A stretch of 63,765 bases of DNA, the filler included, from Octopus bimaculoides (Eukaryota), in the NCBI RefSeq assembly GCF_001194135.2. It is 5 parts of 5 records of this genome, joined end to end, with 100 filler letters (N's around TTAATTAATTAA, not from the genome) between each part and the next. Parts side by side here need not be neighbours in the genome. Positions count along the whole stretch, not along the records: positions 1 to 7,792 come from NC_068989.1; positions 7,893 to 12,936 come from NC_068999.1; 3 more parts are not named here. One strand, 5' to 3'. Both the position numbers and the translations under genes were made by a program. The notes beneath the pieces were generated by a model. It was not told where the DNA came from and ran no database searches. It saw only the letters and a program-made list of their open reading frames with translations. Position 1 is the stretch's first letter, and every line of letters starts with the position of its first letter. This document shows, one piece after another, positions 1 to 9,640 of this stretch.

Positions 1-160
1 CCTAGTACGTAACTGGTACTTATTTTATCGAGAACGAAAGGGAAAGGATGAAAAGCTGGGTCAACCTCAGCGGAATTGCAACTCAGAACGTAGCAGCAGA
101 CGAAATACCGTTAAGCATTTCGCCCGGCGTGTTAACAATTCTGTCAGCTCGCACGCCTAA
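1..160 (-). mobile_element. tRNA-derived SINE, family A (head ...GGCGGCGAGCTGGCAGAA...), runs off window edge
   Basis: Reverse complement gives head TTAGGCGTGCGAGCTGACAGAATTGTTAACACGCCGGGCGAAATGCTTAACGG and B-box-like GAGTTGCAATTCC; same sequence recurs >10 times in the window. Confidence 0.85.
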
Positions 161-174
161 GGCATTTGTCAATA

Positions 175-264
175 ACGGCTTCAAATTTTGACACAAGGCT
201 AGGAATTACGAGGGAAGGGGTAAGTCGATTAGATTGATCTCAGTGCGTAACTGGTACTTATTTT
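175..264 (-). mobile_element. Family A SINE, 3' fragment
   Basis: TTTTGACACAAGGC...GGGGTAAGTCGATTAGATTGATCTCAGTGCGTAACTGGTACTTATTTT matches the tail of other copies (17685, 18213, 41800). Confidence 0.75.
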
Positions 265-516
265 ACATCATTTACATTTTGACTTATTTTGTCCTCATCT
301 TATCTGTGGTTAACACAACATTTCGGCTGGTATACCCTCCAGCCTTCATCAAGTGTCTTGAGGAAATTTCGAACCTAGGTTCTCATTCCTAAGGTATTTT
401 TCAATGTTGTTGTTGTTGTTGTTGTTATTATTATTATTCATGTCACTGTCTGGAATCGAGCTCGGAATCTTGGGGTTAGTAGCCCGCACTCTTAAACACT
501 ACGCCATATGCCCGTG
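265..516 (-). mobile_element. tRNA(Arg-like)-headed SINE with hammerhead-ribozyme tail (family C)
   Basis: Minus strand: GGGCATATGGCGTAGTGTTTAAGAG (A box), anticodon-like loop CTACTAA, AAGATTCCGAGCTCGATTCC (B box), (AAT/AAC)n, body, then HHR motif at 358-311. Confidence 0.75.
311..358 (-). ncRNA. Degenerate minimal type-I hammerhead ribozyme
   Basis: GACAC-TTGATGA-A-GGCTGG(AGGGTATA)CCAGCC-GAA-ATGT-T-GTGTT; 6-bp stem II, stem I GACAC/GTGTT; core differs from CTGATGA and GAAACGT by two C>T changes. Confidence 0.7.
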
Positions 517-635
517 ATTAAGAGCTACTAACCCCAAGATTCCGAGTTGGATTCCAGGCAGTGACATGAATAATAATAATGATAATAACAACATCGAAAA
601 ATACCTTAGGAATGAGAACCCAGGTTCGAAAATTC
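517..635 (+). mobile_element. Inverted, truncated second copy of family C SINE
   Basis: TTAAGAG-CTACTAACCCCAAGATTCCGAGTTGGATTCCAGGCAGTGACATGAATAATAAT...ATACCTTAGGAATGAGAACCCAGGTTCGAAA is the reverse complement of ~362-498. Confidence 0.8.
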
Positions 636-872
636 ACACTTTAACTATGGGGCTTTTGTCCGGATCCCACGTAGGTTATACATATTATTTTAGACATATG
701 AATATATGAATTTTACTTGTGTATTAATTTAAATAATCAACGAATATTATACAGATCAAGAGTTTAGACGCAAATTTTCAACGAAATTACCGTTTTGTTG
801 TTAATAAGAAGCCGCTGTGTCGTATCAAACGAAACTCGACATTTATCCGTCATTCGCTGACAGTATCATTAA

Positions 873-1124
873 AGCAGACGATACATCGGTATCGCATGGG
901 AAAATATTCACCCGCCGCCATTTGGTCAAATGTACCGAGATAACACTGACAATAGAAATTACACTGTTGTCATCTTCAGAGAACGAAAAGAACAAACAAC
1001 GGCATCGTCATTTGATTTTCAGCTTTCAAACGTCCCTATTTTGGTCAATTGTTCTTGTAAATGTCTGACTTCACACCGGAAGCGGAAGGAGTCATTCATT
1101 CATTCATCAGAAATTTCTCTCTAA
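873..1124 (+). CDS. Candidate terminal coding exon with cystine-knot-like C-terminus (unidentified)
   Basis: Open frame SRRYIG...NYTVVIFRERK...FDFQLSNVPILVNCSCKCLT...; unique CpG-containing sequence; no strong splice acceptor, N-terminal cysteines absent. Confidence 0.25.
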   Translation, partial: SRRYIGIAWENIHPPPFGQMYRDNTDNRNYTVVIFRERKEQTTASSFDFQLSNVPILVNCSCKCLTSHRKRKESFIHSSEISL

Positions 1125-1204
1125 GATCAAAGCCGATATTGCTGCTTTAGATCCGGCCAAGTACATGTATACACACACACAGGAAAAAATTGAGCACCCA
1201 CCTC

Positions 1205-1206
1205 TT

Positions 1207-1254
<48 letters not shown>

Positions 1255-1415
1255 CCTCTCTTCGTCCCTCTCTCTCTCTCAGTCTCTTCGTCCCTCTCAC
1301 TCTCTGTCTCCCTCTTTGTATGTTTGCACGTGTATGTGTAAATGTGTGTATGTGTATGCTTGTATATTATGTACTGTACATATATGTATATACATACATA
1401 CATACAAATATACAT

Positions 1416-1454
<39 letters not shown>

Positions 1455-1565
1455 CACACACACTCACATATATATATTGTACAATACATATAATACAAAC
1501 ATACAGGCACAAGCATACATATATATATATACTCATACATATTTATACACACATTCACAGATCTT

Positions 1566-1614
<49 letters not shown>
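1205..1614. repeat. Compound microsatellite (CT)n/(TA)n/(CA)n running into a gap
   Basis: Direct reading. Confidence 0.95.
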
Positions 1615-2485
1615 NNNNNNNNNNNNNNNNNNNNNNNNNNNNNNNNNNNNNNNNNNNNNNNNNNNNNNNNNNNNNNNNNNNNNNNNNNNNNNNNNNNNNN
1701 NNNNNNNNNNNNNNNNNNNNNNNNNNNNNNNNNNNNNNNNNNNNNNNNNNNNNNNNNNNNNNNNNNNNNNNNNNNNNNNNNNNNNNNNNNNNNNNNNNNN
1801 NNNNNNNNNNNNNNNNNNNNNNNNNNNNNNNNNNNNNNNNNNNNNNNNNNNNNNNNNNNNNNNNNNNNNNNNNNNNNNNNNNNNNNNNNNNNNNNNNNNN
1901 NNNNNNNNNNNNNNNNNNNNNNNNNNNNNNNNNNNNNNNNNNNNNNNNNNNNNNNNNNNNNNNNNNNNNNNNNNNNNNNNNNNNNNNNNNNNNNNNNNNN
2001 NNNNNNNNNNNNNNNNNNNNNNNNNNNNNNNNNNNNNNNNNNNNNNNNNNNNNNNNNNNNNNNNNNNNNNNNNNNNNNNNNNNNNNNNNNNNNNNNNNNN
2101 NNNNNNNNNNNNNNNNNNNNNNNNNNNNNNNNNNNNNNNNNNNNNNNNNNNNNNNNNNNNNNNNNNNNNNNNNNNNNNNNNNNNNNNNNNNNNNNNNNNN
2201 NNNNNNNNNNNNNNNNNNNNNNNNNNNNNNNNNNNNNNNNNNNNNNNNNNNNNNNNNNNNNNNNNNNNNNNNNNNNNNNNNNNNNNNNNNNNNNNNNNNN
2301 NNNNNNNNNNNNNNNNNNNNNNNNNNNNNNNNNNNNNNNNNNNNNNNNNNNNNNNNNNNNNNNNNNNNNNNNNNNNNNNNNNNNNNNNNNNNNNNNNNNN
2401 NNNNNNNNNNNNNNNNNNNNNNNNNNNNNNNNNNNNNNNNNNNNNNNNNNNNNNNNNNNNNNNNNNNNNNNNNNNNNNNNNNNNN

Positions 2486-2517
<32 letters not shown>

Positions 2518-2779
2518 TACTCCTACATGTACGTACGTATGACTGTATGTATGTTCGCATGGATGCACGGTTGCATCTATTTATGCGTGTCTGTAGATAT
2601 GTTTGTATGTACATACGTATGTATGCGAGCATTATGTCTCTCTCTCTCTATATATATACATATGTGTCTATACATATGTATATATGTATATGCATGTATG
2701 TATATATGTGTATGTATATGCATGTATGTATGTGTATATGCATGCATGTATGTATGTATGTATGTATGTATGTATCAAT

Positions 2780-2940
2780 AGTTGGTAGGTTGACAGTGGT
2801 CAGCGTATTTAATAGAGATCACTTTATATGAATCGTTCCTGTTATCAACGGTTCACTGGGATCAAATCCCGCCGAGATTTACTTTGTCTTTTATTCTTTT
2901 GAGGTCGATAAATCAAGTACCACTTCTGTGCTGAGGTGTG
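2780..2940 (+). mobile_element. Degenerate family A SINE
   Basis: GGGATCAAATCCCGCCGAGATTTACTTTGTC...GAGGTCGATAAATCAAGTACCA matches family A body. Confidence 0.6.
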
Positions 2941-4325
2941 TAGGGGTGGGGTGGGTATATATCTATATATATTAGGGATAAAAATCCAAATTCACAGGTA
3001 AAAACTCAATTAAATTCAATTTATCAAAACTTAAAATTAAATTAAGTTTCACAGTATATAATATATAATTTTCATCGATGAGTTCATGAACTTTGATTCT
3101 TTTCTCTAAATTATATATANNNNNNNNNNNNNNNNNNNNNNNNNNNNNNNNNNNNNNNNNNNNNNNNNNNNNNNNNNNNNNNNNNNNNNNNNNNNNNNNN
3201 NNNNNNNNNNNNNNNNNNNNNNNNNNNNNNNNNNNNNNNNNNNNNNNNNNNNNNNNNNNNNNNNNNNNNNNNNNNNNNNNNNNNNNNNNNNNNNNNNNNN
3301 NNNNNNNNNNNNNNNNNNNNNNNNNNNNNNNNNNNNNNNNNNNNNNNNNNNNNNNNNNNNNNNNNNNNNNNNNNNNNNNNNNNNNNNNNNNNNNNNNNNN
3401 NNNNNNNNNNNNNNNNNNNNNNNNNNNNNNNNNNNNNNNNNNNNNNNNNNNNNNNNNNNNNNNNNNNNNNNNNNNNNNNNNNNNNNNNNNNNNNNNNNNN
3501 NNNNNNNNNNNNNNNNNNNNNNNNNNNNNNNNNNNNNNNNNNNNNNNNNNNNNNNNNNNNNNNNNNNNNNNNNNNNNNNNNNNNNNNNNNNNNNNNNNNN
3601 NNNNNNNNNNNNNNNNNNNNNNNNNNNNNNNNNNNNNNNNNNNNNNNNNNNNNNNNNNNNNNNNNNNNNNNNNNNNNNNNNNNNNNNNNNNNNNNNNNNN
3701 NNNNNNNNNNNNNNNNNNNNNNNNNNNNNNNNNNNNNNNNNNNNNNNNNNNNNNNNNNNNNNNNNNNNNNNNNNNNNNNNNNNNNNNNNNNNNNNNNNNN
3801 NNNNNNNNNNNNNNNNNNNNNNNNNNNNNNNNNNNNNNNNNNNNNNNNNNNNNNNNNNNNNNNNNNNNNNNNNNNNNNNNNNNNNNNNNNNNNNNNNNNN
3901 NNNNNNNNNNNNNNNNNNNNNNNNNNNNNNNNNNNNNNNNNNNNNNNNNNNNNNNNNNNNNNNNNNNNNNNNNNNNNNNNNNNNTCAAGCAAAATACCTG
4001 ACTCATTCCGCACTCGCTCCTCACTGCCTCCTCCTCCTCCATCACCAGCCAGCAATCAAATAAAAACGTTTCTTGCTTATTTTCTTCTCTTCTTCCGGAT
4101 GTCACATCTTAAGGTCTCAAAGTTAACCGGCAAATATGAAAAGCTCATACACGTATAAATACGTACATACGTGCATATGCATATACATATATGCGCACGC
4201 ACGTATATACACAGATACACAGACACACACAGAGACACACACAGATACAGACAGACAGACACACACACACACACACATGCACACGTGCGTTCTCTTCTAT
4301 TTTTAATTATTTGAAGATTTCCTGT

Positions 4326-4620
4326 AAGGAAGGAACTTGTTTCTAACAAAGATACAAAGCTCTATCATCGGGATATAAATAAGAGGAAAAATTCGCATTC
4401 TGAACTTTAGAAAAGTTTTGCATATTTTTACTATTCCGCTTACAGAATTTATTTGTAATGCATGCCTAAATGTATTTACTCTTCGGTAAGGCAGGAGCTG
4501 GTTTCTAACGAAGATACGAAGCTCTATCATTGGATTGTAAATAAAAGTAATGTCACATGCTAAACTTGAGAGAAGTCTTGCATATCTTTACTTTTTGGAT
4601 TACAGATTCTGTTTAACTCA
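4326..4620. repeat. Diverged tandem duplication, ~160-bp unit
   Basis: AAGGAAGGAACTTGTTTCTAACAAAGATACAAAGCTCTATCATCGG (4326) vs AAGGCAGGAGCTGGTTTCTAACGAAGATACGAAGCTCTATCATTGG (4488). Confidence 0.8.
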
Positions 4621-5002
4621 AATTTTTGCACAAGGCCAGCGATTTCGAGGTAACGGGTAAGTTGATTGCATCATTCTCAGTGTTCAACTGGTATTTATTT
4701 TATCGACCTGGAAAAGATGACAGGCAAAGTCGACCTCATCGGAATTTGAACTCGGAACATAGCGACGGACGAAATGCTGCTGACATTAGCGTAGCTAGGG
4801 GGAAGGCGGTAGGGGTTGTCCGCCCCGGGCGGCACTTTTAAAACAGCACCACTTTTGAGTCTGCTGTAGACAATGTGTGGTTTTTGTAGGGTCCGGTGGC
4901 GTCAAACGGATGGGCTGTCCCAGGCGGCACACACTCTAGCTATGCTAGTAGTTGCTGAGTATTTTTTTCGGCCTGCTAATTATTCTGCCGGCTCGTCACC
5001 TT
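4620..5002 (-). mobile_element. Family A SINE interrupted by hAT MITE
   Basis: Tail at 4620, body to 4783, resumes after 4958 with GTATTTTTTCGGCCTGCTAATTATTCTGCCGGCTCGTCACCTT (head). Confidence 0.8.
4784..4950. mobile_element. hAT-type MITE
   Basis: TIRs CATTAGCGTAGCTAGGG / CTCTAGCTATGCTAGTA; 8-bp TSD GCTGCTGA (4776-4783) / GTTGCTGA (4951-4958). Confidence 0.8.
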
Positions 5003-5104
5003 CTCGTAAAGTCGGACGAAATGCTTCTAAGTGTTTTGTTCGGCGTGGTAACGATTGAACTTATTTTCTGTTTTAAACTAAGCGAAAATATTAAAGATTA
5101 CACA

Positions 5105-5264
5105 TTCATGGCTGTGTGGCTAGGAAGCTCGTTTTTCAGTCACGTAGTTCCGAGTTCAATCCCACGGCACGTGACTTTGGGCAAGAGTCGTTTTCTATAG
5201 CCTCAGATACCGACTAATGTCTTGTGCGTGAATCTGGGAAAACGGAAACTATGTGGAAACCTTC

Positions 5265-5298
<34 letters not shown>

Positions 5299-5512
5299 AT
5301 ACATGCATGCATGGGTGTGCGCATGCGTATGCCTTTGTGTCTATGTTTTTTCCCTTCCACTTTTGACAGACGGTGTTATTTTGTTTATGTTACCGTAACT
5401 TAGCGGTTCAGGTTCAGACACCCATATAACAAGTACAAAACTTAAGAAACAAAGAACTACTTTCCAATTTGTCCGACTGAAATCCTTCGAGTGGGTGCTC
5501 CAGTATGGCAGT
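5105..5512 (+). mobile_element. tRNA-derived SINE, family B (head GGCTGTGTGGTAAG...), degenerate
   Basis: ATGGCTGTGTGGCTAG (A box), GAGTTCAATCCC (B box), TTTGGGCAAG core, internal (TA/TG)n, tail GGTGCTCCAGTATGGC. Confidence 0.75.
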
Positions 5513-5571
5513 TAAAAGTTGATTTCGCAAGGAAGACAATGAGTGATTACGAGTGAGTATAGAGGTTAGAA

Positions 5572-5870
5572 AAGTGGTGAGCTGGCAGAGTCGTTAGCAT
5601 GCCGGACAGAATATTTAGCAGTATTTCTTTTAGCTTTTTACATTCTGAGTTCAAATCACATTGAAGTGAACTTTGCCATTCATCCTATCAAGGTCGAAAA
5701 AAACGGTGACCGGTAAGAAAGTCACAGGAAAAAAAGTCACAATTAATTTATGGGATGTGGACAAAACCCTCGTGATTAATTTTCCTGTGACTCTATTACC
5801 TGTGACATTTTTTTTTACCTGGATTGGAAAAAACGAAATATCAATCAAGACCTGGGATCCGTGTAATCGA
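5572..5870 (+). mobile_element. Family A SINE interrupted by MITE
   Basis: AAGTGGTGAGCTGGCAGAGTCGTTAGCATGCCGG...CTGAGTTCAAATC. Confidence 0.75.
5706..5826. mobile_element. Short MITE with subrepeated TIRs (possibly MULE-type)
   Basis: Two GGTAAGAAAGTCACA-like subrepeats on the left, mirrored by TGTGAC...TTACC on the right; AAAAAACG present on both flanks (TSD-like). Confidence 0.6.
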
Positions 5871-6056
5871 CGTGTCCTTAAAACTGCTCTCCTTGAATCC
5901 TGTGACCCCCTTCCCCACTCAAATCAGAGGAATGTTGTGGTCTCAGTCACTTGTGCGCCATGGAAACCAGATAACAGGCCCTATGAGTCGCAGGCCCCAA
6001 GAAAAATAGTGGATTTGGCAGACGGAAATTGAATTAAGCCCGTCATACATACCTAC

Positions 6057-6458
6057 CATGGACCTGCCATCAGGGTAGGCAAGGTAGGCAGTGCCTACCT
6101 TGAATAAAATATGATCGATAGCAACATTTTCCTTTCATGGCAAAATATGCACCTAATTCAATAAAATTATGAAGGTTACTCTGATTACTATACATAAAAT
6201 GCAAAATATTTTATTTTTCTGTAGATTAGGTAGGCATATTTCGTCCCTGCCTTTCAATCTCAATATTTAAATTATGCATAGAACTGCTATAGTACACGTG
6301 CTGCGTACACTCTTACAACAACGTTTTATTTACGCGCTACAAAGGCAGATGTAAATCTGCCTTCAACTCAGTCGCGTGTTTCGCTTATTTTTTGTGTGTT
6401 TTACTACATAAAGGCCACCAAATGCCTACCCTGAGTAATTACTGACAGCACGTGCCTG
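6057..6458. mobile_element. hAT-type MITE
   Basis: Ends CATGGACCTGCCATCAGGGTAGGCA / TGCCTACCCTGA...CAGCACGTGCCTG; 8-bp flanks ATACCTAC / ATACACAC (6 of 8 identical). Confidence 0.65.
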
Positions 6459-6509
<51 letters not shown>

Positions 6510-6931
6510 NNNNNNNNNNNNNNNNNNNNNNNNNNNNNNNNNNNNNNNNNNNNNNNNNNNNNNNNNNNNNNNNNNNNNNNNNNNNNNNNNNNNNNNNNNN
6601 NNNNNNNNNNNNNNNNNNNNNNNNNNNNNNNNNNNNNNNNNNNNNNNNNNNNNNNNNNNNNNNNNNNNNNNNNNNNNNNNNNNNNNNNNNNNNNNNNNNN
6701 NNNNNNNNNNNNNNNNNNNNNNNNNNNNNNNNNNNNNNNNNNNNNNNNNNNNNNNNNNNNNNNNNNNNNNNNNNNNNNNNNNNNNNNNNNNNNNNNNNNN
6801 NNNNNNNNNNNNNNNNNNNNNNNNNNNNNNNNNNNNNNNNNNNNNNNNNNNNNNNNNNNNACACACACACACACACACACATACATACGTTCAGCTGGTG
6901 AAGTTTATAGGCGGTGGATATTATGGGGAGA

Positions 6932-7140
6932 GTGGAGGTTTGGTGGGGGCTGGAGGTTAGATGAGGGTTGGAGGTTTGTGGAGGTTGGAGGTTTGGTGGA
7001 GGCTGGAGGTTTGATGCGGGTTGGTGAGGGTTGGAGGTTTGGTGGGAGCTGGAAGTTTGGTGGGGGTTGGAGGTTTGGTAGGAGCTGGAGGTCTGGTAGT
7101 GGCTGGACGTCAGGTGGGGGATGGAGGCTAGGTAGGGGTT
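6932..7140. repeat. G-rich ~18-bp minisatellite
   Basis: Units such as GTGGAGGTTTGGTGGGGG / CTGGAGGTTTGGTGGGAG; source of the spurious LQPPPN-repeat ORF. Confidence 0.85.
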
Positions 7141-7354
7141 GGAAGATACTGTAAATATGGTGGTAAGATTGTAGGGAGTTCATAAATATCTGGCGGTTAG
7201 GGTTGTATATATTACTAATGATTATTGTACTGGGGGTAGTGGTGGCTGTGAGATTAATGACGACAATGATGATGATGTTGATGATGGGGGTGGAGGTAGT
7301 GATGCTGAGGGATGACAATTTGTAGTCATGTCTATGATGGCAGTAAAGGTGACG

Positions 7355-7406
7355 GTAGTGGTGATGATGATGAGAAAGAGGAGGAGGTGGAGGCGAAGGA
7401 TGATGA

Positions 7407-7440
<34 letters not shown>

Positions 7441-7630
7441 GGCGGCAGCAATGATATCGACTACGGCTCTGGATTTGACATTTTGGGAATAGAAATAGAG
7501 AGGTGAAGAATGTAAGTGGTAGAATTGGTGGTGGTGATGGTGGTAGGAGTAGCAGTAGTAGTAGTAGTAGTGGTAGTAGTAGTGGTTGTGGTGGTAGTGG
7601 TGGTTGTGGTGGTAGTTGTGGTAGTGGCCA
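7355..7630. repeat. Mixed trinucleotide repeats (GAT/GGT/GTA)n
   Basis: Direct reading. Confidence 0.9.
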
Positions 7631-7749
7631 AGAGTGGTTATTTTAGAAAGAGATCATTGTTTGGCTTCTGTTCATCTCAAGAGGTTTTCAAAGATCTTTG
7701 ATATAGAAATGATATTTGGTATCGGTGGAGGGAGAGAGAGAGAGAGAGA

Positions 7750-7781
<32 letters not shown>

Positions 7782-7892
7782 AAGAAAGAGAGNNNNNNNN
7801 NNNNNNNNNNNNNNNNNNNNNNNNNNNNNNNNNNNNTTAATTAATTAANNNNNNNNNNNNNNNNNNNNNNNNNNNNNNNNNNNNNNNNNNNN

Positions 7893-8187
7893 ACATTATT
7901 CTATCGGTCTCTTTTGCCGAACTGCTAAGTTACGGGGACATAAACACACCAGCATCGGTTGTCAAGCGATGTTGGAGGAACAAACACAGACACACAAACA
8001 TATACATACACACATATATATATACATATATACGACGGGCTTCTTTCAGTTTCCGTCTACCAAATCCACTCACATGGCTTTGGTCGGCCCGAGGCTATAG
8101 AAGAAAACACTTGCCCAAGGTGCTACACAGTGGGACTGAACCCAGAACCATGTGGTTGGGAAACAAGCTTCTTACCACACAGCCATG
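7893..8187 (-). mobile_element. Family B SINE (tail lost in gap)
   Basis: Near-identical to 16209-16634 and 62192-62596. Confidence 0.9.
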
Positions 8188-9039
8188 AATATTGTAGAAG
8201 TATACACAATTTACTGCACAAATTTCAACAGCGAACTCTTATATGGATCCCCTCGAAGGCCATATGGGTTCGGGTTCCCCATTACAGAAGTTTGTAATGC
8301 TCGCCATTGCAGAATTTTGTCTTCCAAGATCTTACATTAGTCAACTTTTCACGTTTAGTCTTTACTCGTAAGTCATCTCAAGGTAACACTACGAACACAA
8401 TAAGAATGACCTCAAAAACAGGAAAAGCAATATTCTCAGTTAAAAAAAAGTAAGTCGTAATATGTGTGTGTGTGTCTGTGTGTTTGTGAAAAAGAAAAAA
8501 AAGAAAGAAAGAGAACCTACCAATTCGAATGTATTCATATTACGCAATAGTCTCTGTCTCAAAGTCTTTGCATAATTGGATATTGCAACATAAGGGCGAA
8601 AAGTGCGCAGCTCATAACGAATGAATTTACACACACACACACACACAGACACACACACACAATACACACACACACACACATACAAAATACATAGATCTCG
8701 CGTTCAATTTAGTGTGTTATATATGATATATACATTAGAAAAAAAAAACAGGAAAAAAAATTAAATTGAGAACGAGGCTCAGGAAACGCAATACTGTTAA
8801 TAGCTGAAATATGTAAATTGGAATGGCATACTCTTTCAATAATTAAAAGATGAAACGAAAAAGAAAAGAGAAACTTAAATTTTTAAAAAGCTATAAAAAA
8901 AATTCTCTATCAACTCTAAAGGCTTAAATGTAAGCGTACGAAAATTAGTTCCTTCCGGCGTTGTTAAAAGCCGTATGCGAGCCAAAGATGGTGATTTGAA
9001 GGTTAACTCGACACAGATCGAGGTTAACGTCCGTTAAAT

Positions 9040-9640
9040 AAGCCTGGCCACAAATCTATAAGAACCGGTGAGGTAGCAGCCATCTACGTAGTCATTCAAC
9101 CTGCTAGAAACACCAGCCAATCACTGTCAAAGTACGCACTGTCGTCTGTTGAATGAGCTGGGCCATATACTGCATAAAGTGAGATAGTCCATCAACATAG
9201 TCGCTCAATATGCTAGAAATACCAACCAATCACCCTCGAAATACGCAGTATCGTCTGTTAAATGAGCATAGCCACAAACTATAAGAACCAGCGAGGTAGT
9301 AGCGCTCTACGCCAGGCAAGGGCAATCTTTTCTGAGAAGGGGCCACACGATTAAAAAAAATTCAAAGGAATTTTTCGTTAGGTGTGCCATCCACAAATTC
9401 ACGCGGGCCGCAAGCGGCTGCAGTTTTGTCCGTGACTGCTCTATGTCGTGGCTCCGACCTACTAGAAACACCAGCCAATCACCCACGAAGTACACACCAT
9501 CGTTTGTTAACTGAGCATGGCCACAAAGCTATAAAGAGCAGCGAGATAGAAGCCATCTACGTAGTTGTGTGATACGCAATAAACACCAGCCAGAAACCTT
9601 TGAAGAACGCGCAATGGTTATGTTACACAGAAGGTAATAT
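9040..9640. repeat. Diverged ~115-bp tandem repeat (4-5 units)
   Basis: GCCACAAA.CTATAAGAACC and CTAGAAACACCAGCCAATCAC recur (unit starts near 9046, 9161, 9270, 9519); a related sequence lies inverted at ~10965-11035. Confidence 0.8.
9313..9438. mobile_element. hAT-type MITE inserted in the tandem repeat
   Basis: Ends CAGGCAAGGGCAA / TTGTCCGTGACTG, subterminal GCGGGCCGCAAGCGGC; 8-bp TSD CTCTACGC / CTCTATGT. Confidence 0.7.

Noticed and set aside
440-516. Functional tRNA genes at SINE heads
   Set aside because: No complete cloverleaf or acceptor stem and no oligo-T terminator; sequence continues into SINE body
1070-1118. CTGATGA on minus strand followed by GAAG
   Set aside because: No stem II or stem I pairing; chance core match
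6905-7318. Pro/Gln-rich 137-aa ORF
   Set aside because: Explained by the 18-bp minisatellite and trinucleotide repeats; no splice or start context
9040-9640. CRISPR-like repeat array
   Set aside because: Whole units are homologous (no unique spacers), eukaryotic context, no cas genes
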